Positions 1-13,214 of a DNA stretch of 36,481 bases are shown one piece after another. The DNA is taken from assembly GCF_000743755.1 (NCBI RefSeq), contig NW_014569466.1, positions 1 through 36,481 of the forward strand, written 5' to 3'. The translations under genes and the position numbers were made by a program. This stretch comes from Blastocystis sp. subtype 4. Taxonomy: Eukaryota. Each line of letters opens with the position of its first letter. Positions within the stretch are counted from its first letter, which is position 1. Under the pieces are notes generated by a model. The model saw only the letters and a program-made list of their open reading frames with translations, ran no database searches and was not told where the DNA came from.

Positions 1-59
1 TCCAGTACTTTGAAATCTTCAAGAAGGAGAGAGAAGAGTTGGGATTCCTGGGATTCTAA
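1..59 (+). CDS. 3' end of an unidentified gene (…QYFEIFKKEREELGFLGF*)
   Basis: Open frame from position 3 to TAA at 57-59, followed by TGTTTGTT at 86-93. Confidence 0.6.
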   Translation, partial: QYFEIFKKEREELGFLGF

Positions 60-327
60 GGGGTTGTTGATACTATACAATGGATTGTTTGTTGAAAAAA
101 CAATGATTACTAGTCGTTCCACAAATTTTTCGCTTCTGCGAGATGCGTAACATTTTCTTCTGTTTAAAAGTGGTGTTAATGGAATAATTCACTAAGAATT
201 GAAAGAGAAAAGAAAGTCATTTGATGAAAGGAGAAACGTGGTTCCTTGATCACGGTTCTTGAATATGAATGGCGGCATTTGAAGATGACGAAATGTTATT
301 TCCAAACACTAGGAATTGGCAAGTGGT

Positions 328-2024
<1,697 letters not shown>

Positions 2025-2261
2025 TTTTATATTGGTATTGCTAGGATGAAACACTTTGTTTGTAAATACAAAATAGCTCCTTTTTCTGTAATTGATATTT
2101 TGGTACTCACAAGTCTAACTCGTTTAGAACTGAATAAAACAGCTAAATAGGCATAATAATACGTATATATAAGGTTCAGGCCTATTATCAATGAAATATC
2201 CCTAGTAAAGGTTTTCATTCATTTCTACGACTCTTTGGAATCATTGATATCACCTTTCGTA

Positions 2262-3014
2262 ATGTCATCAGAAAGTCAATTGAGAGTATCTCATGGATAC
2301 CCCAAAGAGCTTCGCGTCAATTTCCTCCGATTACAAGTAAGTCTTGTCAATGAATTATCACATCACTATTTGTATTTTTTCATTGTGTTCAATTGATTAA
2401 CATCATATTTTGATTGTTTACGTCTGGTGTAGATGTCTAGCCTCATGGCCTATGCCAAATCGTTTAATATTCCAGTAGCAGATAATATAACGCATGAAGA
2501 ATTAGCTGTGATGGTAGCAAAGTGATTCAAGAGTGTCAGAGTAATCTGTAGTCATTTCGTAACTGCTTCTGTCACTGAACAGACAGTAAGGCAGCACTTT
2601 TATGAGAAAACTGAAATGGTTGGAACACAATGAATACCTCAGAGTATAGATGCGACAAAAGGAGGAATTAGCATCTCACCAAGTAGCAGAAAAGGTATTA
2701 CCCAAGCGTCATTCAAAAAAACCGAAAAAGGTAGGTTAGGGAAACTAATGCTTTTGTAGTATCAAGATTCGGTCACTTATACATATCATACAAGGTCCAA
2801 AGATCAAGATCATGACGATGACGAGTATGTGGAACCAATTACGGAGGAAAAGATTCAGTATTGTTTTTGTGGTGGAGAGGCAACCGATGAAATGATTCAG
2901 TGCGATAATCCTAATTGCAAGCACAAGTGGTTTCATTACTCCTGTGTGGGGGTTGATGATCCTCAGAATCTCCCAGAAACATGGTACTGTCCTGAGTGCC
3001 GACAGAGTGCCTAA
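2262..3014 (+). CDS. SAP30 Sin3-binding-like domain fused to an ING-type PHD finger
   Basis: Exons 2262-2336, 2433-2521, 2552-2618, 2650-2730 and 2760-3014 splice in frame. N-part VNFLRLQMSSLMAYAKSFNIP…HEELAVMVANHF…VTEQTV; C-part YCFC…MIQCDNPNC…WFHYSCVG…WYCPEC. Confidence 0.8.
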
Positions 3015-4797
3015 TTTCTCTTCTTTGTGTGATTATTCTTTTTCATTTGCTGTAGTAACAACTTTTTGTTTTTAAACTTCTCAAAGCAGGTTTTCGAACC
3101 AACTACATAAGTTAGATAATATAGTTTTGTTCGATTCGGCTTTCTTTTGTTGTATCCTCCAAACTAGTTTTATCACCTAGAAGATCGTTCAATAGTCAGA
3201 AATGGCATTAATAAGCTGATACATCCATAAAATCATGGACTAAAAACAATGAGGTCCTTCTGTTTTACTTCTTAGCCAGTTCAGAATTTCATAGCTTTTC
3301 TCGTACATCAATCAGTCTATATGTGGATCTCCATGATAGATGCAGTTCCGTTTAGTACAGATATCTAAAGGATAATTACATGATTGATCCCCGCGGTAAA
3401 ATTAAGTTTCCATGGTTGGTTTCATGAATCATTTGTATTGTTGTTGGATTCATATATTTTATGATTCTTATGGTTATTGTCTATTATACATGTGTACAGT
3501 TTCAGTAGTACTATCATTGCAATTAGTGTTTATCAGAATCTTTGAGAAGATATCGTAGTGTCAAATGCTTATAAGAATATAAGATTATCAGATATGATAG
3601 TATTACTAATAATCACATGTTTGTTTCATCTACTGTTGTTTTGTATCTCTATAGACTGCAATAAAATATATTAAGAGGCTCATTAAATGCGGACTACTGA
3701 CATATATGTTCAGGTTGTCACGAGAAATGAAAACACTGACTGTATGACATAGTTAATGGATATTTTCTCCTAATTCGTCTGGTACCAGTTTAAAATGGAT
3801 TCATGAAAAATGAATAAATGATTGGTAGTTGTTACTGGCCAGTGTAATTATTATTACTTTCATTTCCTCCAGTGTCGTTAAGAGTGATTCATAAAAGAAA
3901 TTTAAAGATTTCGTGAGTCTCCTCTTAGTCTCTCTAGTGGGTCAATCAAATGAAGAGAGGCGTAGAGAAACACCGGAAGACGGAAAGGCTCTAAATAAAG
4001 CATAAAGAGTCTCTTTTATGTTGGATAAATGACCTAATAGGTACCAGGACATCACTACTGTTACTTGTCACAACCACGCTTACAATGTATTGAAAACAGT
4101 ATCTAACACATATCAAGAGCTCCTAACAAGCTGAATGATGATAGGCAAGCAAACTCAACGAATTAATTGTCGCTGTATAAGAGTCATTACCGACAACCGC
4201 CTTTGATGAAGAGTATTATCCTGTGAGTCAGTCTATAGAACCAAAAATAGTACCAATCAATGGGAAGACTGGTTGTAGAAATCATATACTCAATTTGATC
4301 TCAGAAATGATTGCAACGAACTGAAATAATCAGTATGGTCAATACAGAGCGTATTTAAAGAGAAAGCAACCGAGAGATAAATCCAATATGCAGTTCTGCG
4401 TCAAAAATAACCACTTATTGGGCAGTTAAGATATTTTCCAGTCCTTCGATTCCAGCTGGTTGTTATCTCCATCAGTGAGTACGAGACAACACAATCCCCA
4501 TATGTCAAGAGGATGGTAGTGAACAGGACTTATTCCATTATCCTCAATTATGATAGTATGTTAAAACCTATGAGAAGCTGATAGGGTGTTCTAGCTTTCG
4601 TGCTATTGAAGAAGGCTGAAATACACTAAACTTTCAACTCACATGTATATCAAGGCTACCTTAAAGATAGCACATTAATGTACATAACCACAAGTGCCGA
4701 GAGAAAAGTAGTAAACAATTATCTGGGCCGTTCTTTCCAATCATATTTATGGGGATTCCCGCGGACTTGGTCTTTCTAACCGATATTTTAACCTGTT

Positions 4798-6694
4798 ATG
4801 ACTGGAGTACATCTGCTATCAGTTGTTTTCTTTGTCTGTATAATCCCTTCAACTATTTGGAGAGACATGAACTACAATGATAGGATATATGTTACAAGTC
4901 TAGTTAATAATATAAAATCTGTACCATTAATTTACCGTACTCCTTAAAGAGTGATTTATGACTGTAGAACCCTCTATACATGAGTCTTTTGTTAGTGATC
5001 ATAACCATACCGTTTCTTCTACTAGTTGGAATGTAACGATGTAGAATAAGTTGATATTAGTGAACTGTAGGGAAAGACAGACAAATCTAAAGAATGTTAC
5101 TAAAAGTGTAAGTGCCGTGTTTATAACTGTTGCCCCTTCTATCTTAGTATTACCAGCTGTAAATGCAACTACCAGTCCTGGTACAGTTGCTCCAGCTCAG
5201 GCAACTGTTCTTCCATCAACACCAGAAGTTCCTATGGTGAATAGAACCCCAGTAGTTCGAACTACTCCTAGTGTTACTCTTCCACCTATTCCTGGTATTA
5301 CAGCTAAGCCTGTTGCGACACCTAAGCCTGGTGTTACAGCTAAGTCTAATGTTACAGCTAAGCCTATTGTAACACCTATGCCTATTGTAACACCTATGCC
5401 TGTGGTTACAGCTAAACCTATTGTAACACCTAACCCTGTGGCTCCATCCAAGCCCTCGACTCCAAAACCCAAAGCTACACAGTTTTCTGCCACCTCCAAG
5501 TCGGATACTGCATCTGCTCCCTACCGGCTAGTGTCCATTTCCGAGATTCCGTATAAGTCCCATACGAAGAATATCATCACCTATATTGGAAATCACCCAG
5601 TATTTTTCCAACACAACTCGATGGACTCCATCATCCAAAGGAATGGTAAAGGCGAACTCACCATAAACATTGATGCATCGTTTACACAGTCTCGATACTT
5701 CGTAGTCCCAAATATTAAGGGTCTTTGTAATCGATTGCAGATTTTCGCTGGGCTTTATATCATTTCTTCATATTTTCGGATTCCAATCATTTTATCGAAG
5801 AGTATGGGATGGAAACAAGTCTGGAACATGAAAGAAATGTTTCGAGGACAGTTGATTGAAGTACCAGATCGAGGTAGGATATTTGCAATTCCGTAAATAC
5901 TAGAGATTTGTGAATGTGCATATCAAGGCATGATTTTTCATCTTCATAGTCAAGTCAAGGATAAGATAGCTTTACAATACTTCAAGAAGGCCATTCAAAT
6001 GAATTCAACAGACATATTATTTCCAAAAAAGTATTGTTTGACTATAGGCAACATCAATCTTGTCCACTGGTGTATCCTCAACCCTCAAATTCGTCAATTT
6101 ATGATCAAGAATGGTTTCTTTGTTGCTGCGAGTCATTCTAAAGTTCCTCAACAACATTTACTTATGTTAGGACGTGTGCTGAAATATGTGTTGAGACCAC
6201 AACCTATCGTTCTTGCGGAGATGAATCGAATTGTACCCCATTTCAATTCCACTTCGTATGTTGGAGTTCATCTGCGATGTGGTGGCAGACTCAGCGATAT
6301 GCATGACCCTTCGACGTATCTTACAATGGAACAGTTGCATCGTGTTTTCAACCATCTTCGGAACATTCCTGATTCTTTACCAATTTTCCTCTCAACCGAT
6401 TCTAAGATTGCCAAAGAGTCTATGCGTAAAAGTCTTTCAACCAAGACTATTTACACAGATACTAAACCCGTTGTGATTGCGGATTCTCAGTTGATGACAC
6501 CAGAAAAGGCCTTGAGTTATCTCTTATCGGCTGTATCTGAACTCATGCTCTTGGGTCATAGTTCTGAATGTTATGGTACCTCTGGAAGTACATTTACTCA
6601 TGTGGGTTGTGCTTTGGCTCAGAAGATCCCATATATCATAGGAAAGAAATCAACAAATGTAGCTAGACTTGGTTCAAATTATAGTTATCTTTAA
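4798..6694 (+). CDS. Type II membrane fucosyltransferase-like protein (GT-B, O-FucT/NodZ/GT23-like) with a mucin-like stem
   Basis: Hydrophobic N-terminus (VHLLSVVFFVCII); introns 4937-4967, 5041-5070 and 5874-5903 keep frame; motifs GLCNRL, VGVHLRCG, IFLSTDS, GSTF. An alternative start at 4980 is possible. Confidence 0.75.
5297..5440 (+). repeat. 18-bp coding tandem repeat, about 8 copies (VTAKPI/VTPMPI)
   Basis: Units such as acagctaagcctattgta / acacctatgcctattgta are directly visible. Confidence 0.85.
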
Positions 6695-6721
6695 TGTGTT
6701 TGTTGACACATTTTCGCCTAA

Positions 6722-7367
6722 ATGTTTGTTCGCTGTCTTGGACGTGTAGGAAATGAAATAGATAATTCAGAATAGATTCCAAAGTGTGTTACAGCTGCTT
6801 TAAAACCAGTACCTAGTAAAGACCAATGAATGATAATAATCAACAGTGCAGATGTGTCTAAAACGTTTATTCTCAGCTGAAGGTTCCAATGAACAATTTA
6901 TGTGACTATAGAGAGTGACAATGTTATCGATATCACCACAATGGATATGTTTGACGAGTATAAGAAGGTTAAAATGTTCAAGAGGATATAATATAGGCGG
7001 CAATACCATCTATTTCATTTTTCACATCCAAGAAGTCTGATTCTTGTCGTAAAATCAGTCCTCTGTTTTCTCACTTCAGGTGTATCTTAATACCGGTTTT
7101 CATCGTAGTACAATGGTTCCAACCGTAACGTTTCTGAAGGTTGACATCGCAGACAACGAGGCACTAAGCAAAGTAGAAAAGGTGGAAGTAAATAAAAAGG
7201 CTGGATATCAGAATTAGGAAGTGCCTACATTCATTCTCTACAAGAATGGACAGCTATTGAGTCGTGTAAAAGATTATTCAGGTTTGAAGGTCTAGTTCTC
7301 GGGTGCCAGTGGTTTGGACTTGATGAGTTTAATTGAAGTAGCAAATGATCACTTTCATTTTAGTTAA
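6722..7367 (+). CDS. Atypical thioredoxin (KSDSC active site) with a mitochondrial-type presequence; 7 short introns, absent from the ORF track
   Basis: Spliced product MFVRCLGRIPK…KRLFSAEESDNVIDI…SFFTSKKSDSCRKISPLF…FLKVDI…EVPTFILYKNG…FSGA…HFS*. Confidence 0.82.
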
Positions 7368-7379
7368 AACAAACAACCC

Positions 7380-8790
7380 AATCCCTTGTTTTCATGAATG
7401 TGTCACAGCTGTCCAAAACAAATTGAACATTCTTTTTCCATTGCTGGATCTTGCAACGCATATTCTCCCATTCTCCATCCACTACAATACACTGAGTGCG
7501 TCTCAAAGTCACTAATCCATCTCATACCTACGTAACAGCAAACTCTTCTTTAATTTGATCCATTCGTCCTTCTATAAGACCTGTCTGTATGGCATTCACA
7601 ATGTATTGTTCAGCTTCTTCTTTCGGAACACACAACTCCTTTGCAATTTCCATATAGGTCATCTGAGAACGGCTGCCACATAGTCTGGCGAGACATAATA
7701 AACGAGCACGTTGCATCAAAGTCGCTTGATCCAATTCTACATATCATACTTGCAATGAATAGCAACGATGTTGCAAGAGAAGGTCCTGGTGATTATTTAG
7801 GAAGTCAGGCAGACGCTGGAAATCTCCAGAGTTCACAATCAGCAGTAAATCAAACAAATCCTTTTCACATTTCTCCAGTCCTTGTAACAAGGGATACTCG
7901 CTCGTACGATTCGTTTCATCCTGAGTAGGAGACTGTAACCCTTCCACGGCTAGAACTCAACATAACAAACTATTTCTACCACACATCACAGCATAATTCT
8001 TGTATTCAGGCTCATCTGGTGTATACGTACTGAGCAACTTCACCAAACATTGATGTGCCTCAGTACTATTAATGAACCCCAATCTCACTCCACTACCTGC
8101 GCTGCATACCCAGAAGAGTAGTACGTAAAACCACTAAGACATCACGATACTCGCCAATCACTGGCTCCCATTCCTTGTTGTCCTGACTCATAAGATACTT
8201 ATAGTAAAATTCCAAAGATTCTATAATGAGATTCAACAAGAAAACACACTTGACTCGTGAGCAAAGTTGATGATCTTGTGAAGAAGGGCTGCACGACATT
8301 CTTTAAAGGAAGGCATACAATTCAGAATAAGAGAGAGACTAGAATCGTTAAAGAAATAAAAAAATACATTCGAGCTTTCAGATTGGTGGTCATGGAGGAA
8401 GATAAGACCATATCACAAATGGACACACAAACCTTCTTGCACTCTTCATTCATACCAATCGTCTTGACAGTTTCCATGAGAATAAAGTACATACTCTCAA
8501 CATCTATAGAAATGGTTAGAACTGCTTTCATTCGGCATCAAATTCATACCTCTTTCTGGGAGGGTATCCCACTTTTCGTTTATTATTGTACAGCACAAAA
8601 GCACAAATTCGCCATACTTCTTCGCATTATATAAATCGGTAAGCTTATTATTGAGCTCATTTCCCTTTTCCTCTTCCTAAATAGGTCATAGGTACACTAC
8701 AGCGCATACATGAAATCCGCATAAGAATGACACAACATGGTCTCTGAGATCATCATTTGGTTTAGGACTGTAGAATAAAGTGGACGACAT
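7380..8790 (-). CDS. EIF3M: Translation initiation factor 3 subunit M (PCI domain); stop probably completed by poly(A)
   Basis: DVESM, LVKLLSTYT, RARLLCLARL…IAKEL…YIVNAIQTGLIEGRMDQ…WKKNV match eIF3m as I recall it. The in-frame T at 7380 lies 5 nt before TGTTTGTT (7375-7368). Confidence 0.8.
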
Positions 8791-8871
8791 TAGGAAACAG
8801 ATCGATTATGCTGTCACTATAGTAGGCGAAAGAACGGGGATAGATCTTTCTTTGGCAACAAACATCCATCA

Positions 8872-10657
8872 TTACTTTCTAGTTCGTAATAGATTACTAA
8901 CTTGTTCGAGCTCGCTAATAAGCGAAAGAAGCTCAGGATTCAAGTGACTCTAGACTCAATCTCAATCAAATGACTTACACAGTACGATAATGTACTTGAA
9001 ACTCTGTTAAGTTTTGCTGTGCAAAACTGTATTTCCGCCTCCGTAAAGAAGACACCTGGATTTGATATGAACGAATTGGGTGATGGAGGAACGACTTGAC
9101 TAGGTAGAACTGGAAGAACTCCTGGAGAAGAATATCCTTGTCCAGAACTAGATAGTCTATATCGATCTATCGAATCGACATTACCACGACTGCTGACAGA
9201 CGACGTACCTCGCCTATAATTCTGTATATAGTCTGAACTGACGTTACATTGATGGTACAAATCGATAGGAACTTCTGGTACAGGAGGAGTCGATTCGCAA
9301 GAACCAGGAATGCGAACAGATGAATCTGATTGATAACCAGGGATCGGAGAAGGTATAATTCCACTGTGGCTAGAGGTGGATGAAGAAGGATATGAATGAT
9401 CCATAACAGAAAGAGGGTTCACCACGGGAACTGAAGGAAAATCAGGTTTCTTCTTAAGGTTTTTATCCAGATCCTGGATTTTGGGACACTTTGGAATAGA
9501 CTTGCGATTAGAGCCTTGAGAAGGGAGTGAGAAACTGCTGTGCGTACTGGAAGGAAGGGATTCGACAGGGTCAGTTGGAGGACTTACTTCCATTGGGACC
9601 ACGTCATTGGGATCGACAGGAGTATCCGATGTCTCTATGAAAGGAAGATTGATGGGGATATCTGTAGGAAGAGCGTCCACCGTTCTATTATCATCTCCAG
9701 GTAATCGAGCCAGGTTTAGATCATCACCACTTGGCAATCGATCCAAGTTCAAATCATCACCACCTGGTAATCTGTCCATGTTTAGCTCATCACCACTTGG
9801 TAACCGATCCAGGTTTAAATCGTCACCACTTGGTAATCGATCTATGTTTAGATCATCACCACTTGGTAATCGATTCAAACTCAGATCATCACCACCTGGT
9901 AATCGATCTATGTTTAGATCATCACCACTTGGCAATCGATCCAAATTCAAATCATCACCACCTGGCAATCTGTCCATGTTTAGATCATCACCACTCGGTA
10001 ATCGATCCATGTTTAGATCACCACCATCTGGCAATCGATCCAGATTCAAGCCATTACTTCCAGAAACTTGCTCTTGAGAACGCTCCCATTCTTCAAATGA
10101 AGTACGGTAAAAGGTCCCTGATCGTTGAAGCTCACTCAAAATTGATTCCATCCACTTTAGCTGAGATGATTCCTAAACTGAATAACTACCTCCAAAATTA
10201 CTTGAGAAGAAAGATTATCACTATCTCTGCGAAATACAAGATAAATATAACACCGTTGTAGAGCTTGTTGCAATACCCTAACCAGAATCCCTCGATCCCT
10301 CTCCTACTTCTCATCACTATTATCCTTGAAATATTGCTGACATAGATTATAGCAAAAGTCGAACAGTCGATGCCAACCAAACTACAATTCACAACTCACA
10401 TCTACGACAACATCTAGATTATTCTTATCACATTTATAGTTCCATTCATGAGCTACACTGTCATAATAGGAACGGCATTGACGTATATAATCGCCAAATT
10501 TAGCGGGATCCGTTTGGCTATATGGTTCCAAGACACGGATACCATAAGAGAGCATTTCCATACCTAGATCGCGAAGTGTAGGATCTTTAGCAGTTTGTAC
10601 AATAATATCAAAACCCTCCTTGACTACCTTTTCGGGTGGAACAAAAAGATCAGACAT
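8872..10657 (-). CDS. Divergent Vta1/LIP5-like protein (helical N-domain, repeat plus Pro/Ser linker, VSL-like C-terminus)
   Basis: Four ~30-nt introns join the 10382-10705 and 8940-10151 ORFs and a last exon SHLNPELLSLISELEQVSNLLRTRK-TAA(8874-8872); TGTTTGTT at 8864-8857. The family call rests on architecture only. Confidence 0.6.
9687..10049 (-). repeat. 33-bp coding tandem repeat, 11 copies (LN[LMI]DRLP[SG]GDD)
   Basis: Periodic tcatcaccac…ggtaatcgatc units on the + strand; 11-aa period in the translation. Confidence 0.95.
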
Positions 10658-11100
10658 ATCAAACTGAAACTGACTAAATGCTTTTTGACGAATTATTACT
10701 ACCAAGTTTTAAGAAGAAAAAAAGGAATCGATTACTCGAATTTTCAAGTGATTATAATCGCAACAATTGATCATCATATTATCGAAATGAAATAAAAATG
10801 TTTCTTTCAATTGTTGAGTTTACAAGATGTGGATCCTGATATGAAGAACACTGGTCTTTCATTGATATGACAGACACTCACTTTTCCCAAAATTATAATC
10901 CTTCCTACTGTCGATACCATTAGCATCACCACAAATAAAGAAATAACACAGATTCTGCAAACAAAGCCCATTTTGCATATTCGAAATTGTCATTCAATTT
11001 TGATACCTAGTTATTTTCTCATTCACACACATTTCTGAAGTGAATTATTTTCATCTGTATATCAACGTCCAAGAGTAAAGAGAGTATTCGTGTGTGTTTT

Positions 11101-12502
11101 ATGAGTTCTGAACGAGAGAACCTCAGTCAAATAACAGTTGGAGAGCCAACATTAGCATCGGTCTCGCCCAATAATAGTTTGTTTAGAAGCCAAGGAGATG
11201 ATGTGTAGGAGGAACTCCAACAACCATTTCAATACCTTGCAATAATCAGGTAGTTGACGATTCTCTTTTTAATGGTAGGTATACGCTAATGGCATAAGAG
11301 ATGGAAGCCGTCGAGTAAAGACAGTACTTTGCTGTATCTTCAATTGAAGAATAGAAGAAACCCCGATTTCACTGGGACGGAGAACTTCATTTGCATTTCC
11401 TACAGCAAATCTACAAATTTGGATTAGATAGTATGGACGAGAAAACACTGTTATAATCAGATATTTCTACACAGACTGTCTTCAATACGATGCGGCAATA
11501 TAGCAATGACATTACATATGACTTCATTGACAGTCAGTTAAAGGTGGGCAACGTGTAGTGATTCTTATATAGTCATATCGGGAACATTTGGAAGAATCGC
11601 TTCAAGAGTTCGCACAATATTATAATCAATCGTTTCAATATCAGGAAAACTATTCTGATGTAATACTTCAAGGTAATACTCATTCGTAGACAGATGCTGT
11701 TAGTGGCAAGTTTTCTGTATATCCGTTTGCTCCACAGTCTGCATCTGCTATAAATGTATGCGCTGAGAGAATATAATGATCATAGGATGAAATCCCACCA
11801 GTTCCTTCTGTTCAATCCAATGTCCCTGAGTCTACATATTCTCAGAGCACCGTTTCGATGTCTCAACATCAAGAAGCATCTTCGTCACAAGAAATGTCAC
11901 AATTTCGGCAAGATTCCAAGCCCCTAGTTCCTATTCTACCATCCATTCCGATTCAGCAACAACAGTATCCAGATGAGTCTCACAATCGAATTGCAATGCC
12001 AAATTGGTCTCATTTCATGAACCGCGAAAGTGCGATGGATTCTCAATTCCAACTTCATCAAGATATGATGAGTCAGAACAACTACATCTTGAAACGGATG
12101 GAAAATCTTGATGAGTCTATCCATGGACGAACATTTGGAGATGCGATGCGATCAACAGGTCCTGATCTTATTGGAATAACAAGCTCGGAGGATGATGCTG
12201 GATCGATGGGAACTCGGCATTCTCGTCGAAAACATACTGCAAAGGAGCAGTTCCCTTTAGATCTGATAAATACTGTGTTATCACCTCAGAATGTAAGTAA
12301 TGATTCAAAAAATGATAGATAGGACCGGTTTGTTGAACAGGTAAACCGGGTACTCAATGAGAATCCGTTTCGTTGGAGTGATGTAATTGGTTGATCTGTA
12401 GATGCTCCTGATAATTCTATACAGTATTCTGGATTGGATGTGTTTAACGAAGAATCGTTTAATTTCCCTCCTTACGGAGATGTATTTGATTTCTTAAGTT
12501 GA
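11101..12502 (+). CDS. GARP/G2-like (SHAQKYF-type) Myb transcription factor
   Basis: Spliced domain KKPRFHWDGELHLHFLQQIYKFGLDNISTQTVFNTM…ITYDFIDSQLKSYR; about 9 short introns; Q/S-rich middle; ends DVFDFLS-TGA. Confidence 0.75.
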
Positions 12503-12511
12503 ACAAGAAGA

Positions 12512-13163
12512 TTATAACACTGTTTTCTCAAACACGTCCAAGTCATAATCCTTGAAATGATCTTTTCGCAGAAGAGTAAAACCCAGTTTTGTATAGAATG
12601 ACTCTGCAACAGGAAGAAGCGATAGCGTTGAAAGGCAAATACGAAGAGGGCCTATACATCATAAAGATAACATAGACAGACGATCCGGACATAACTCACA
12701 CCCTTTAGCAAGAATGGTCTTCCAAAGGATTGTTGATATCCCCCTTCGACGATGACTCTCATGGACTACAAGCTTTTGGACCTCAAATCCTTGAGAAGAT
12801 ACGACACGTAAGCCTCCCATTCTACATCACAATGAAAACTCATCAGTACCCGACAACATTACCTAGAGGATCCAGAACAATCCATATAAAATTGATATCT
12901 GGCTTCTTAATCTCTAGAATGATGACAATCCTTCAAGCATACTATGTAGATCTGCTGTAAATGTTGATTTTAAAGAATTCTTAATATATTTACGAATACG
13001 TGGATGATCTTTACTGAGATCATGATATGTGGACTCATAGAGACTTACAGCACCTTCATAATACTCTGGAGAGTATGAAACAATACGATAATCGGAAAGC
13101 AGTGATATCTACAATAATGACTTTTATTCATCAGATAACTGTTAAATGTTCGTTCTTGCTCAT
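12512..13163 (-). CDS. GNAT-family N-acetyltransferase
   Basis: Spliced product has VVGMGGL…FEVQKLVVHESHRRRGIS (motif A) and LSTLSLLPVAESFYTKLGF (motif B); TAA at 12514-12512. Confidence 0.8.
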
Positions 13164-13214
13164 GAACAGTCGTTTTGTCTCAATATCGATAAGAACAGCA
13201 ACAAACAATGACAG

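Noticed and set aside
5197..5499. Minus-strand G/V/T-rich ORF
   Set aside because: Antisense of the mucin-like repeat.
9607..10261. Plus-strand ORFs with HHHL and RSSPLGN repeats, and a possible CRISPR-like array
   Set aside because: They are antisense shadows of the 33-bp coding repeat. The units are contiguous with no unique spacers, so this is not a CRISPR array.
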